DNA of 64,000 bases. Origin: Candidatus Poriferihabitaceae bacterium (GTDB taxonomy: Bacteria > Pseudomonadota > Gammaproteobacteria > Arenicellales > Poriferihabitantaceae). This document shows, piece after piece, positions 38,055 through 49,835 of this stretch. How positions within the stretch are numbered: position 1 is the stretch's first letter; every line of letters starts with the position of its first letter. The notes beneath the pieces were generated by a model, which saw only the letters and a list, made by a program, of their open reading frames with translations, ran no database searches and was not told the origin of the DNA. The stretch is from NCBI GenBank assembly GCA_965249035.1, contig CBDFKV010000006.1, forward strand, positions 376,729 through 440,728, given 5' to 3'. The position numbers and the translations under genes were made by a program.

Positions 38055-38125
38055 TTATCTCATTTTGCGCTTATTTCCTCACCTATTTTGCTATGCTAAA
38101 GGGCCTTAACTTAGTGCCATTCCGG
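36608..38125 (-). mobile_element. IS4-family-like insertion sequence (boundaries tentative)
   Basis: The candidate imperfect IRs are ccggtgtgggcact (36608-) and the reverse complement of agtgccattccgg (to 38125), of the form CCGGnnTGG(G)CACT. It abuts the IS66-like end directly. No target duplication is seen. Confidence 0.5.
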
Positions 38126-38420
38126 ACAGTTCTATTTACTCTTAACACTATTATCCTTCTATCACCCCCTTTCATCTGCCGTAACTCTACTTATAATTTC
38201 CCGCATAATTAGTATGGTACGTTGAAAATCTGCACGACAATGTGATGACTCGAAGCTTGTTCGTCAATCTAAAAGGGCTTACGTACAAAAGCCGTGCTGA
38301 CGCACGGCATACTGTGTTTGATTGTCGCTGAGACGCACTGAAATCCGAAACGGTGACACGCCTAATGAGGCACCACCTATGGTTTACTGACGATGGTATT
38401 TTGTGAAGAAAAAAGCGTTA

Positions 38421-38450
38421 GACAGGATGTAGGTCGTACTACATCGTGTC
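38421..38450. terminator. Bidirectional rho-independent terminator downstream of pdxH
   Basis: The stem is gacaggatgtag / ctacatcgtgtc (12 bp, one mismatch). T-runs flank it on both strands (plus-strand ttatttta after it, aaaaaa before it). Confidence 0.6.
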
Positions 38451-38535
38451 AGGATTTATTTTAATGAATTATTCTATTATCATGCGTTTTAATCTAAATA
38501 AATGGTCAGCATGATACGAGAAGTCAATTCTTAAT

Positions 38536-39186
38536 TCAGGGCGAAAGCCGATCCATTTCCCAATCAGATTGATCGCTGCGGACAAACAAAAACCGATCAT
38601 GCAGGCGGTGATTCCTGCCCTGCCAAAACTCGATTCGATGGGGTTTAATACGATAACCACCCCAGAATGACGGCAAAGAAATATCACCCTGCTTGAATTG
38701 TCGCTTCATGTCGTCAAGCTTGGCTTCCAACAAGCCACGGGTTGAAATCACGTCGCTTTGGTTGGATGCCCACGCGCCCAATTGGCTACCGCGCGGACGC
38801 GTGCTGAAATAGCGTAGTGATTCCGTCGCAGACACTTTGCGAGCATGTCCTTCGACAATCACTTGCCGGTGCAAGCCAATCCAAGGAAAAATTAGGCTGA
38901 TCTGATCATTTTCAGCGATCTGTTCGGCTTTGCGGCTACCATAATTGGTATAAAACACGAAGCCATCGTGGTCGTAGGACTTCAATAAAACAGTACGCTG
39001 TGAAGGAGCCGCTCCCACTGTGGCAGTCCCAACCACCATCGCGTTGGGCTCCGGCATGCCCGATTCAACCGCTTGCTGAAACCACACTTCAAATTGTTTG
39101 AAAGGGTCTGAGTTGATACTGCTCCGGCTTAAGCCCTCGTCGGCATAGGCTTCACGCAGCGCCTCAATATCAGGTCGATGTGCCAT
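38536..39186 (-). CDS. pdxH: Pyridoxamine 5'-phosphate oxidase
   Basis: 216 aa. It has PF.QF..WF..A, RTVLLK and IEFWQGR..RLHDR, the canonical PdxH blocks. Confidence 0.9.
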   Translation of the reverse strand: MAHRPDIEALREAYADEGLSRSSINSDPFKQFEVWFQQAVESGMPEPNAMVVGTATVGAAPSQRTVLLKSYDHDGFVFYTNYGSRKAEQIAENDQISLIFPWIGLHRQVIVEGHARKVSATESLRYFSTRPRGSQLGAWASNQSDVISTRGLLEAKLDDMKRQFKQGDISLPSFWGGYRIKPHRIEFWQGRNHRLHDRFLFVRSDQSDWEMDRLSP

Positions 39187-39383
39187 GATGTTGTTGAATT
39201 GAAATAGAGCATTGATTCTATCTCTTTCGCAGCGTTATAACGAGCGACTAGCACCGAAAGCTTAGCCCACAGGCTAGCGGCCACCCACCCAAGCTGAATA
39301 CCACTTATTGTCAGCGGGATAGGTTCGCTTTTTACCGGTCGGAACCCTATAATCATCGCCAAATTTTAGACCATAGCCTGCCC

Positions 39384-40580
39384 ATGCCCAGCGACAAAGA
39401 GTTTGTGCGTATCAGCCGACTTCCCCCTTATGTTTTCAATATTGTCAATGAGTTAACGGCCAATGCGCGCCAACGTGGCGAAGATATTATTGACTTTGGT
39501 ATGGGCAACCCGGACCAACCAACCCCCCAGCACATCGTCGATAAGCTGGTTGAAACGGCACAACGCAGTGATACCCATCGCTACTCGCAATCTCGCGGCA
39601 TTGCCCGCCTACGCAAAGCCATCTGTGATTGGTACGGGCGTCGTTACGACATCGAGCTTGATCCTGAGAGCGAAGCCATCGTCACGATTGGCTCTAAAGA
39701 GGGCTTGGCACATCTAGCCCTGGCAACCACCGGCCCGGGCGATACGATTTTGGTTCCAAACCCCTCTTATCCGATCCACCCATACGGTTTTGTGATCGCC
39801 GGCGCAGACATTCGCCACGTGCCGATGACGCCTGATAACGACTTTTTGGCTGAGCTGGAAAAAGCCATTATCGACACCTGGCCTGCGCCAAAAATGTTGG
39901 TACTCAACTTCCCCTCCAACCCCACCGGCGAATGCGTCGATTTAACCTTTTTCCAAAAAGTGGTTGATATCGCCCGCACACATGATATTTGGGTAGTGCA
40001 TGATCTGGCTTATGCCGATATCGTTTACGATGGCTACAAGGCACCGTCGATTCTTCAAGCCGATGGCGCCAAAGATATTGCTGTCGAGTTTTTCTCCTTA
40101 TCAAAAAGCTATAATATGCCCGGCTGGCGAGTGGGATTTATGGTGGGAAACCAAACCTTGGTTTCCGCCCTGACCCGAATGAAATCGTATCTCGACTATG
40201 GCATGTTTACCCCCATTCAAGTCGCGTCGATCGCAGCACTGGATGGCGGAGATGAATGCGTTCACGAGATTAGAGATATGTATCAAGACCGCCGCGATGT
40301 ACTCTGCAACGGCTTGGATTCGATCGGCTGGACTATTAAACGGCCCAAGGCGACCATGTTTGCCTGGGCAAAAATTCCGCCTGAATATGCACATATGGGC
40401 TCACTAGAATTCAGCAAAAAGCTGATTCAAGATGCTAAAGTTGCAGTCTCTCCCGGAATCGGCTTCGGCCACTACGGTGATGATTCGGTGCGCTTTAGTT
40501 TGATCGAAAACGAGCACCGCACGCGGCAGGCAATTCGTGGCATTCGCCAAATGTTTAAAAATGATGGTTTAATTAAATAA
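39384..40580 (+). CDS. alaC: Class I PLP aminotransferase, AlaC (YfdZ)-like
   Basis: 398 aa, closely colinear with E. coli AlaC as I recall it ([42 protein letters not shown]). Confidence 0.8.
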   Translation: MPSDKEFVRISRLPPYVFNIVNELTANARQRGEDIIDFGMGNPDQPTPQHIVDKLVETAQRSDTHRYSQSRGIARLRKAICDWYGRRYDIELDPESEAIVTIGSKEGLAHLALATTGPGDTILVPNPSYPIHPYGFVIAGADIRHVPMTPDNDFLAELEKAIIDTWPAPKMLVLNFPSNPTGECVDLTFFQKVVDIARTHDIWVVHDLAYADIVYDGYKAPSILQADGAKDIAVEFFSLSKSYNMPGWRVGFMVGNQTLVSALTRMKSYLDYGMFTPIQVASIAALDGGDECVHEIRDMYQDRRDVLCNGLDSIGWTIKRPKATMFAWAKIPPEYAHMGSLEFSKKLIQDAKVAVSPGIGFGHYGDDSVRFSLIENEHRTRQAIRGIRQMFKNDGLIK

Positions 40581-41950
40581 TGATGGTATTGAAACGGTTT
40601 TTCTTGCTTGGCTCTGTATCACTATTGCTCGGTGCTTGCGCCCATACTGGCGAGCCCGGCAAGAATTCTGACAAGAAGGTGAATGCACAACCAATCGCTC
40701 AAAAAGCGGCATCAAAAAAACTAGACGCGTTTCAGCAACGACCAAAGCCAAGTATTGCTTCCCAGCGTGAATTAGTAGCTACTCCTCCTGATTTCTGGAC
40801 CCAATTACGCACTGATTTCGCTCTACCCGAACTCAACAACGATCGAGTCACCTACTATGAAAAACGTTTTTCACGACACCCCGACTATGTAAAAAGAGTG
40901 TTTGATCGGGCGCGCTGGTTTTTGCCACACATCTATCAACAAACCAAAGCCCGAGGCTTCCCTGCAGAGGTGGCACTATTACCTGCGGTTGAAAGCGCAT
41001 TTAAACCCGATGCGCTGTCTTTCTCTAAGGCGTCGGGTCTATGGCAATTCATCGGCAGCACTGCAACAATATACCAGCTGGATCGTAACCAGTGGTACGA
41101 CGCCCGACGCGACCCAGTCTTGGCGACTGAAGCCGCGATGACCTTTCTTGGCGAGTTGGAACAACGTTTTGATGGCGACTGGTTTCACGCATTTGCGGGA
41201 TACAACGCTGGTGGCACGACCATTGAGCGGGCGATCAAACGTAATCGCAAAAACAACAAAGGCACTGACTTTGTCGACTTAAAACTTCGCACAGAAACAA
41301 CCGATTACGTCCCTAAGTTAATCGCTTGGCGCAATATCGTACGTGACCCACAACGCTACGGCATCACGCTGCCATCGATGCCGCTTGATACCCAATTCGC
41401 GCAAATTGATACCGGCACCCAAACCAATATTCGATTACTGGCTAAATTGATCGATGTTGACGATAAAACCCTGCAGTTCTTGAATAGAGCGTACCACCGC
41501 GGCATCACCCCGCCCCAAGGCCCCCACTTGATAACCGTCCCGGCAGATAAAGCCGCATTGACGCGTACAAAGCTAGCGTCTCTGAGTAAGCACGACCACA
41601 TGTATTGGGCCAGCTATCAAATCAAAAAAGGCGATGTATTGGGCAAAATTGCCAAGACACATGGAGTTAGTGTTGCTTCAATTCGTGACACTAATAAAAT
41701 TCGCGGCAACCTTATTCACCCGGGTAATCAGTTATTGATTCCGATGAATCAGCCGCTTAACACGGCAGCCAAAGCGCCTAGCCCATCAACAAAGAAAGTC
41801 ACGCACCGAGTACGTCGAGGAGAAACATTGTGGGAGATTGCGCGTCAGTATTCGGTCAAAGTTGCCCAATTGAGCAACTGGAATCGCAGCATCAAAGGCA
41901 GCCGAATTAAACCAGGGCAACGACTGGTCGTATTCCCTGGACGGTCTTAG
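40580..41950 (+). CDS. mltD: Membrane-bound lytic murein transglycosylase D-like lipoprotein (SLT domain plus 2 LysM)
   Basis: 456 aa. It has the lipobox LLLGAC, the SLT motif AVESAFKPDALSFSKASGLWQF, and two C-terminal LysM repeats (YQIKKGDVLGKIA, HRVRRGETLWEIA). Confidence 0.8.
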   Translation: MMVLKRFFLLGSVSLLLGACAHTGEPGKNSDKKVNAQPIAQKAASKKLDAFQQRPKPSIASQRELVATPPDFWTQLRTDFALPELNNDRVTYYEKRFSRHPDYVKRVFDRARWFLPHIYQQTKARGFPAEVALLPAVESAFKPDALSFSKASGLWQFIGSTATIYQLDRNQWYDARRDPVLATEAAMTFLGELEQRFDGDWFHAFAGYNAGGTTIERAIKRNRKNNKGTDFVDLKLRTETTDYVPKLIAWRNIVRDPQRYGITLPSMPLDTQFAQIDTGTQTNIRLLAKLIDVDDKTLQFLNRAYHRGITPPQGPHLITVPADKAALTRTKLASLSKHDHMYWASYQIKKGDVLGKIAKTHGVSVASIRDTNKIRGNLIHPGNQLLIPMNQPLNTAAKAPSPSTKKVTHRVRRGETLWEIARQYSVKVAQLSNWNRSIKGSRIKPGQRLVVFPGRS

Positions 41951-42426
41951 CTGGACTGATCCATGGATGGTGAAGCATTCGCTATATCCAGCGACATCAG
42001 CAACGCTTCCTCTCGCCCGCCTTTAGTTGGATAGTAGTTTGCCCTGTGGCCAACCTGCTTAAAACCTAACGAGCCGTACAAGCCCTGCGCCGCAGGGTTT
42101 GACTCGCGTACTTCTAAATGAAATCGAGTAATGCCTTGCTGCCGCAAATGGTTGATCAACGCGATTAGAGACTGGCGGCCAAATCCTTGGCTCTGAATGT
42201 CAATTCGCACACCAAAATCGAGCAACTCAGCTTCATCGCCTACGCAGCTTATGACTGCATACGCCACTGCCGCCACATGCTCTGACCAAGCCAATAAAAC
42301 CTCATGCACTGGGTTGTTGCTACTTGATCGAATCGCGACTTCTGACCAAGTAGCTGTGCCAGCATCACGCGCCATATCAACGATGACATCCACATCATCG
42401 CCCACTGCCTGTCGCCAGCTAATCAT
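41947..42426 (-). CDS. rimI: GNAT acetyltransferase, ribosomal-protein-alanine acetyltransferase-like
   Basis: 159 aa. It has the GNAT motif A (QSQGFGRQSL), LEVRESNPAAQGLY..LGF, and the conserved context next to a family-4 UDG. Confidence 0.7.
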   Translation of the reverse strand: MISWRQAVGDDVDVIVDMARDAGTATWSEVAIRSSSNNPVHEVLLAWSEHVAAVAYAVISCVGDEAELLDFGVRIDIQSQGFGRQSLIALINHLRQQGITRFHLEVRESNPAAQGLYGSLGFKQVGHRANYYPTKGGREEALLMSLDIANASPSMDQSS

Positions 42427-42432
42427 AACTGA

Positions 42433-43164
42433 CTAATGATTAGCCTTATCCACTACTGACTTCGCTAACAGCAAATCCTGCCACGTTTTGCGTTTATCGA
42501 TCGGCGTCCGCAGTAAATAAGCGGGATGATAGGTGACCACCAGCGGTGTCTTGGCATCACCGTAGGCATAGACAGTCCCACGCATACGGCCCAGAGGCCT
42601 GGTTTCTTTGAGTAATGCTTGGGCACTGATCCGCCCTAAAGCGACGATAACTTTTGGCTTCAGAAGCGCAATTTGTTGGTGCAAGTAGGGTTCACAAGCC
42701 GCTATTTCTTCTGGCTTCGGGTCTCGATTATTCGGCGGCCGACACTTAAGCACATTCGCAATAAATACTTGCTCGCGCTGCTCACCAATCGCTTCAACCA
42801 TTTTTGTCAGCAACTGCCCAGCACGACCGACAAAGGGTAAGCCTTGCTGATCCTCGTTTTGTCCCGGTGCTTCGCCAATAAAAAGCCAATCCGCGCTATC
42901 GGCACCCGCACCAAACACGGTGTTTTTGCGTGTTATATGTAATTCACAACGCTCACAGGCAGAAACTTCCGACTGAATGCTACCTAAATCAGGCACGTCG
43001 CTCGCTTTAGAAATGTCCTTATTCGCTGGGACCACTTGGGTCGCGAGGGCTCGCGGCGGCGCTTCAATCGTGTCGACAGACACAACATCGCTCGGTGCAC
43101 GTTCCACCCAAATATCTATGCCCATTTGGCGTAGTATCTGTTTTTTACGTGCGTCGAGCTGCAT
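42433..43164 (-). CDS. Uracil-DNA glycosylase, family 4
   Basis: 243 aa. It has GEAPGQNEDQQGLPFVGRAGQLL and HPAYLLR. Confidence 0.8.
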   Translation of the reverse strand: MQLDARKKQILRQMGIDIWVERAPSDVVSVDTIEAPPRALATQVVPANKDISKASDVPDLGSIQSEVSACERCELHITRKNTVFGAGADSADWLFIGEAPGQNEDQQGLPFVGRAGQLLTKMVEAIGEQREQVFIANVLKCRPPNNRDPKPEEIAACEPYLHQQIALLKPKVIVALGRISAQALLKETRPLGRMRGTVYAYGDAKTPLVVTYHPAYLLRTPIDKRKTWQDLLLAKSVVDKANH

Positions 43165-43185
43165 CTTGATTTGCCCTGAAACCGC

Positions 43186-44730
43186 CTAAATAGTCAGCTG
43201 TGGATGCGCTTTTGGCTCAAGACTCACCAACTTATTCAGCGCATTGACATACGCCTTGGCCGACGCAATCACAATATCCAAATCACGGCCATGGCCATTG
43301 ACCACACGACCTTCATGCTTAAGGCGCACACCCACTTCACCCTGTGCGTCAGTGCCGCTGGTAATCGCATTAACCGAATACAGCCGTAACTGTGTATCCA
43401 TTCCTACCAAGGCTTTGATCGCTTGATAGGAGGCATCCACCAAACCGTTGCCCTTCTGGGTCAGCTTTTTGACTTCACCATCTATTTCTAGCGTGATGGT
43501 TGATTCAGGTTGACGCACATCAGACTCAATACTGGCTTGCAAGCTAACCAGCTTGAAGCGTTCCTGACCCGATTCAATCGAGGTTTCAGATGCAATCGAC
43601 AATAAATCATCATCAAAGATTTCATGTTTTTTATCCGCCATGTCCTTAAATCGAGCAAAGGCTTCATTTAACGCATCATCACTGTCGAACTCAACCCCCA
43701 ACTCTTTCAGGCGATCAGCAACGGCATTGCGACCCGAGTGCTTACCCAACACCATCCGGTTTTCTGACCAACCGACATCCTCAGCACGCATAATTTCGTA
43801 GGTTTCGCGCGCCTTTAAAATACCGTCTTGATGGATACCTGCTTCGTGTGCGAAGGCATTAACGCCAACAATGGCCTTATTCGGCTGCACCGGAAAGCCG
43901 GTAATACCGGAAACCAAACGACTCGCTGGCACCAATTGGGTGGTATCAATATCTACCGTGCAATCAAATACATCCGGGCGAGTGCGAACTGCCATCACGA
44001 TTTCTTCCAAAGCGGCGTTGCCGGCGCGCTCACCCAAACCATTGATGGTGCACTCAACCTGACGTGCGCCAGCAATTACCGACGCCAGAGAATTTGCCAC
44101 TGCCAAACCTAGGTCGTTATGACAGTGCACTGAAAATACCGCTTTATCTGCATTGGGCACTCGCGACATTAAGTCGGTAATCAATTTGCCATAAAGCTGC
44201 GGCATTGCATAACCGACAGTATCGGGGATATTCACCGTGGTCGCGCCCGCGTCAATGACCGCCTCCAGAATGCGACACAGAAAATCAGGCTCTGAGCGGC
44301 CGGCATCTTCCGGAGAAAACTCAACGTCATCAGTATACTGACGCGCTTGTTTGACCGCCGCCACTGCCCGCTCAACCACCTCATCCGGCTGTAGGCGCAG
44401 TTTTTGCTGCATGTGAATTGGCGAAGTGGCAATGAAGGTATGTACACGGCCACGTTTCGCCGATTTAATCGACTCGCCCGCGCGTTCAATATCACCGAGA
44501 TGCGCACGCGCTAGGCCGCAAATGATACTGTCGGTGATTTCTCTGGCAATGGTCGAAACCGCCTCAAAATCACCCGGGCTAGCGGCCGGAAAACCCGCTT
44601 CGATCACGTCGACGCGCATTTTCTCTAGCTGCTTGGCCACCTGCAACTTTTCATCCAAAGTCATTGATGCGCCGGGGCTTTGTTCGCCGTCGCGCAAGGT
44701 AGTGTCAAAAATAATTAATTGATCGCTCAT
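43186..44730 (-). CDS. leuA: 2-isopropylmalate synthase
   Basis: 514 aa. It has [26 protein letters not shown] and the C-terminal LeuA dimerisation/regulatory domain. Confidence 0.92.
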   Translation of the reverse strand: MSDQLIIFDTTLRDGEQSPGASMTLDEKLQVAKQLEKMRVDVIEAGFPAASPGDFEAVSTIAREITDSIICGLARAHLGDIERAGESIKSAKRGRVHTFIATSPIHMQQKLRLQPDEVVERAVAAVKQARQYTDDVEFSPEDAGRSEPDFLCRILEAVIDAGATTVNIPDTVGYAMPQLYGKLITDLMSRVPNADKAVFSVHCHNDLGLAVANSLASVIAGARQVECTINGLGERAGNAALEEIVMAVRTRPDVFDCTVDIDTTQLVPASRLVSGITGFPVQPNKAIVGVNAFAHEAGIHQDGILKARETYEIMRAEDVGWSENRMVLGKHSGRNAVADRLKELGVEFDSDDALNEAFARFKDMADKKHEIFDDDLLSIASETSIESGQERFKLVSLQASIESDVRQPESTITLEIDGEVKKLTQKGNGLVDASYQAIKALVGMDTQLRLYSVNAITSGTDAQGEVGVRLKHEGRVVNGHGRDLDIVIASAKAYVNALNKLVSLEPKAHPQLTI

Positions 44731-44818
44731 GAGCGCTCTCCAAAACTAAAATACGATTACAAGGTTTTTTGGTATCTCGTGGATACCAATAATAAAGCCG
44801 GAATGTAGGGTAAGAGTA

Positions 44819-44926
44819 TTATTGCGCCAGCGGGCGCAGTAGGAGCAGCGTAGCAAGAGACAATAGCACGCGGACACCGGCGAATGCGGGGTCTAAACGG
44901 GTGTATTGTGCGTGATCTTGCTTCAT
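44819..44926 (-). promoter_or_regulatory. Candidate leucine-operon leader peptide (35 codons, with a run of four Leu codons)
   Basis: My translation is MKQDHAQYTRLDPAFAGVRVLLSLATLLLLRPLAQ*. It lies 88 nt upstream of the leuA start on the same strand. It is not in the ORF track because it is under 60 aa. Confidence 0.45.
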
Positions 44927-44990
44927 GCGACTAGTTTAGCGGCAGAATTTTGAGATTGCAACGAAGAAAAAACACGAAGAAAAAATGTGT

Positions 44991-45281
44991 TTAATCAACC
45001 ACCTGAAAAAATGTCTCACCCGCTTTGATAAAGCCAAGCTCTTGTCGAACGATGGTTTCTACCGATTGACCACCCTGTTTTAAATCGGTCACTTCAATCA
45101 GCAAGCGATCGTTCCTGGCCATCAATTCTTTATTTTCTTGGGACAATTCCACCGCTTTATCGCGCTGCCGGAAAAGATCAAATACATTCTTATCTCCTGC
45201 CCACAGCGCAAATTGTAACGCCAACAATAAGCCTAACAAAACAACAGAAATCGTCCGTGCCAAATGCTGATTGCTGGTCAT
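44991..45281 (-). CDS. ftsB: Cell division protein FtsB
   Basis: 96 aa with a TM segment and coiled coil. It lies directly downstream of eno, as in many gammaproteobacteria. Confidence 0.8.
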   Translation of the reverse strand: MTSNQHLARTISVVLLGLLLALQFALWAGDKNVFDLFRQRDKAVELSQENKELMARNDRLLIEVTDLKQGGQSVETIVRQELGFIKAGETFFQVVD

Positions 45282-45327
45282 ATTCCTCTTTTGCTATGCG
45301 GTTCGCGTAGTCCTAGACCGCCCTATT

Positions 45328-46650
<1,323 letters not shown>

Positions 46651-46803
46651 TCAAATTATAACTAAATCGCTCCTTTTTAACCGAGTTAAAGCGCCACTGT
46701 TTGTCTGGATATTTTGTTTGGCCAGCAAATAGTTAACGCTTCTGCCTATGTTCAGTCTTTTTGGGTAGAATCGGCCAACAGATTGTCAACTCACTGAATT
46801 CGC

Positions 46804-48873
46804 ATGACGGTATCAACTTTGTTCTCCAACACACGCCAGCTATTGATCACTAGCACCCTCAGCAGTCTATTAGCCCTGGGATCTATCACCGGCGCCAATG
46901 CTACATCCATTGCTTATTTTGATCATGGCATTGACACAGATTTCGCGGCGGATATCCCCCGCGTATTAGCTGGCTTTGATTTCGTTAACGATGACGATAT
47001 TCCCGATGACGAATCGCCCAACAAGCATGGTACTAGCGTTGGACAAGTGCTACTAAATGACACCCGAGTCACTAATATCGTACCGATCAAAGTCACCGCA
47101 CCAGGCTATGCCTGGGATTTAGAGCGAGGCAACGCTGCGATGCGATATATCCTTACGCTTGATGATGTGCGAGTCATCGATTTTCAATATTTACAACCGA
47201 TTGATGTCAGCCTGTTGCAGCAAGCTGTCAAACAAAACAAAGTGATTGTCACCCAAGCAGGCAACCATAGCCTTGACAGTCCTAATCTGGGGGCAACCTT
47301 AATTCCGCTGCTAAATGGCGGTGGTTTAATTGTCGGCGGACTCGACTCTAACGACCAAATTCATCAAAGCAGTAACCGAGCGGGCGACTTAGCAGATCAT
47401 TACGTGGTCGCGCCCGCCTTTAATAGCTTCACCGATACACAAGGAACCTCACTAGCTAAACCCCACGTATCTGCAGCAGCGGCGTTACTGATCGAAGCGG
47501 CTCCCAATTTGAGCGCCAAGCAAGTCGTTGAGATCATTAAGACTACCGCTACCGACCTTGGAGAGGTAGGAGTTGACCCCATTTATGGCCACGGCAAACT
47601 CAATGTCGAGCGCGCATTAAGCCCTCAAGGGCTAGGGTCGGTTGGCGGCGAATCAGGAAATGGCTCCGGCGGCGGTAGCGGCGGTGGTGCAATTGCTGCA
47701 TTAGCGATTGGCGGCGCGATCGGCTGGGCATTGATGAACCGATCTAAAACGCTACAAAAAACCTTGGTGCTGGATAGCTATGATCGACCCTACTATTTTG
47801 ACTTAGCATCACGCGCACCCAAGGTCGGCTTACAAGATACGACCAGCATTCTTGGGTTTAAACAAACCTCTGCTGAAATCACCCAATATCAACAGCACAC
47901 CGGCATCGCTGGCTTTGACAGCCAAACCCTCAGCCTTGGAGCGAATCGGCCGACAACCGTGAGTGACTGGTTTAACCCGATGGAAGCGGACGAGCGCGAC
48001 AGCCAGCTTAGCTTTGCTTTAGACCAAACCAGCGCTGATGGTGATAGCCTGAGTATGGTCTTAAACCAACCACTGGCACTACACTTTGGTGCGGCCAGTC
48101 AATCGGCCGCATTGAGTGGCTTAAGCTCAAGCCAACTGTTCGCCTCTCCTTTCTTAGGCTACGCAGGCCAAAATGTGGGTGTTCGGTTTGGTCAACAAAA
48201 CAGCTCAACCCTGGGATTACTCAAGACTAGTTTTGGCTTATCCAGCAATGATGATCAAGGTCGACATGGTGCTTCCAGTGACGCTATCTTGCTAGAAACC
48301 TTGGTTGAAAAAGACCAAGGCTCGGTCGGCTTACAGCTTGCTTATACCGAAGAAACTGATGCTTTATTTGGCAGTGCAGACAATGGCCCGCTCAGCGTGG
48401 GCGGTGCGCAAACCTTATCGATAGCCCTGTCGGGGCACTATGCCCTGAGCGAGCGGGTCACGCTATTTGGGCAATATGCCTACGGTACTACGGCGGTTCA
48501 AGCCGAAAAAGGTTCGCTGCTCAATGGCTTCTCGCGCTTGAATAGCCAATCGGCAGCACTGGGGTTAAGCGCCAAAAAGCTGTTCCACTCGGAAGATCAA
48601 CTGGCGCTGTCAGTTTCGCAACCGCTACACGTCAGCCAAGGCTGGGTTGATCTGCACACGCCCACTTCTCAGGATAGCCAGTTTTCGCCGATCTACGAGA
48701 ATGAGCGAGTAAACCTGGGTGCAGCAGGCACCCCAGAAACGCGTCTTGAGCTGGGTTATTCCCGGCCACTGGGCTCATTTTCGCTTAATAGCCACTTGGT
48801 CTATCGTAACAATACCTACGCCGATGACGGTGAACAATATGGTGTAGCCATTCACCTCAGCAAGCAATGGTAA
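46804..48873 (+). CDS. Autotransporter with an S8 (subtilisin-like) serine protease passenger domain
   Basis: 689 aa with a signal peptide. The triad contexts are D in FDHGID, H in HGTSVG and S in GTSLAKPHVSAAAALL. A Gly-rich linker and a C-terminal beta-barrel-like region ending in ...HLSKQW follow. Confidence 0.7.
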   Translation: MTVSTLFSNTRQLLITSTLSSLLALGSITGANATSIAYFDHGIDTDFAADIPRVLAGFDFVNDDDIPDDESPNKHGTSVGQVLLNDTRVTNIVPIKVTAPGYAWDLERGNAAMRYILTLDDVRVIDFQYLQPIDVSLLQQAVKQNKVIVTQAGNHSLDSPNLGATLIPLLNGGGLIVGGLDSNDQIHQSSNRAGDLADHYVVAPAFNSFTDTQGTSLAKPHVSAAAALLIEAAPNLSAKQVVEIIKTTATDLGEVGVDPIYGHGKLNVERALSPQGLGSVGGESGNGSGGGSGGGAIAALAIGGAIGWALMNRSKTLQKTLVLDSYDRPYYFDLASRAPKVGLQDTTSILGFKQTSAEITQYQQHTGIAGFDSQTLSLGANRPTTVSDWFNPMEADERDSQLSFALDQTSADGDSLSMVLNQPLALHFGAASQSAALSGLSSSQLFASPFLGYAGQNVGVRFGQQNSSTLGLLKTSFGLSSNDDQGRHGASSDAILLETLVEKDQGSVGLQLAYTEETDALFGSADNGPLSVGGAQTLSIALSGHYALSERVTLFGQYAYGTTAVQAEKGSLLNGFSRLNSQSAALGLSAKKLFHSEDQLALSVSQPLHVSQGWVDLHTPTSQDSQFSPIYENERVNLGAAGTPETRLELGYSRPLGSFSLNSHLVYRNNTYADDGEQYGVAIHLSKQW

Positions 48874-49025
48874 CGTAACTGCTGACCGAAACAGTTAACT
48901 CTGTTTTATCCCACCCACCCTATTACTAATACCCTACAGTTGGCTCATCGTCGATTTTGCGTTGACCAAAATGCCAAAAGCCGTTATCGTGCGGTCGTAG
49001 CAACGATAATGATAAACGGCACTCC

Positions 49026-49793
49026 ATGACTGAAACCGCACTCTCCGTACGCGAACTACGCAAATCCTTTGGCACTCACGAAGTCCTGAAAGGGATCAAT
49101 TGTGAGGCTAAGCAGCATGATGTCATTTCGATACTGGGTAGCAGTGGCTCCGGTAAAAGCACCATGCTTCGTTGCATCAATCTTTTAGAGACACCGACCT
49201 CGGGCGATATCTACGTCCAGGACGAATTGATCGAGATGGTCGAAAAGCGCGGTGAACGCGTTGCCAAAGACCCCAAGCAAATCGCCAGAATTCGCGCCAA
49301 ACTCGGAATGGTATTCCAACAATTTAATTTGTGGGCCCACCTAACCGTCATAGAAAACATTATCGAAGCGCCGATCCATGTTCTCAAGTTATCTCGGGCA
49401 GAAGCCATAGAGCGCGCAGAAGCACAATTGCAGCGCGTTGGCTTGTGGGATCGCAAAGATTATTTCCCAGTACAGTTATCGGGTGGCCAACAGCAACGCG
49501 TGGCTATTGCCCGGGCGCTAGCGATGGAACCAGCGGTATTGCTGTTTGATGAACCCACCTCTGCCCTTGACCCAGAGCTGGTCGGGGAAGTGCTACAAGT
49601 CATGCATGGCTTGGCGGAGGAAGGCCGCACAATGTTGGTCGTCACCCACGAAATGGGTTTTGCACGAGATGTTTCAAATAGAGTATTATTCCTACACGAG
49701 GGGCTAATCATTGAAGATGGGCCACCCGAACAGGTATTCGAGCAACCCAAGTCAGATCGTTTTCGCGACTTTCTGTCGGGCGTGCTCAAATAA
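49026..49793 (+). CDS. Polar amino-acid (His/Arg/Lys/Orn-type) ABC transporter, ATP-binding protein
   Basis: 255 aa. It has Walker [10 protein letters not shown], the signature LSGGQQQR and Walker [12 protein letters not shown]. Confidence 0.85.
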   Translation: MTETALSVRELRKSFGTHEVLKGINCEAKQHDVISILGSSGSGKSTMLRCINLLETPTSGDIYVQDELIEMVEKRGERVAKDPKQIARIRAKLGMVFQQFNLWAHLTVIENIIEAPIHVLKLSRAEAIERAEAQLQRVGLWDRKDYFPVQLSGGQQQRVAIARALAMEPAVLLFDEPTSALDPELVGEVLQVMHGLAEEGRTMLVVTHEMGFARDVSNRVLFLHEGLIIEDGPPEQVFEQPKSDRFRDFLSGVLK

Positions 49794-49835
49794 CAGCCTT
49801 ATCCATTCCACATTATTAAAGAGGATTTTTAGAGT

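Noticed and set aside
38126-38420. A possible gene or RNA in the ~300-bp gap between the IS4-like element and the pdxH terminator
   Set aside because: Only short hairpins are present (for example gccgtgctgacgcacggc at 38291-38308), with no ORF and no recognisable RNA signature. It is likely decayed or IS-adjacent spacer, and there is insufficient evidence to call anything.
44771-44787. The hairpin ggtatctcgtggatacc as the leuA attenuator or terminator
   Set aside because: On the leuA (-) strand the stem is followed by an A-run rather than a U-run. On the + strand no T-run follows it either. It therefore does not qualify as an intrinsic terminator in either direction.
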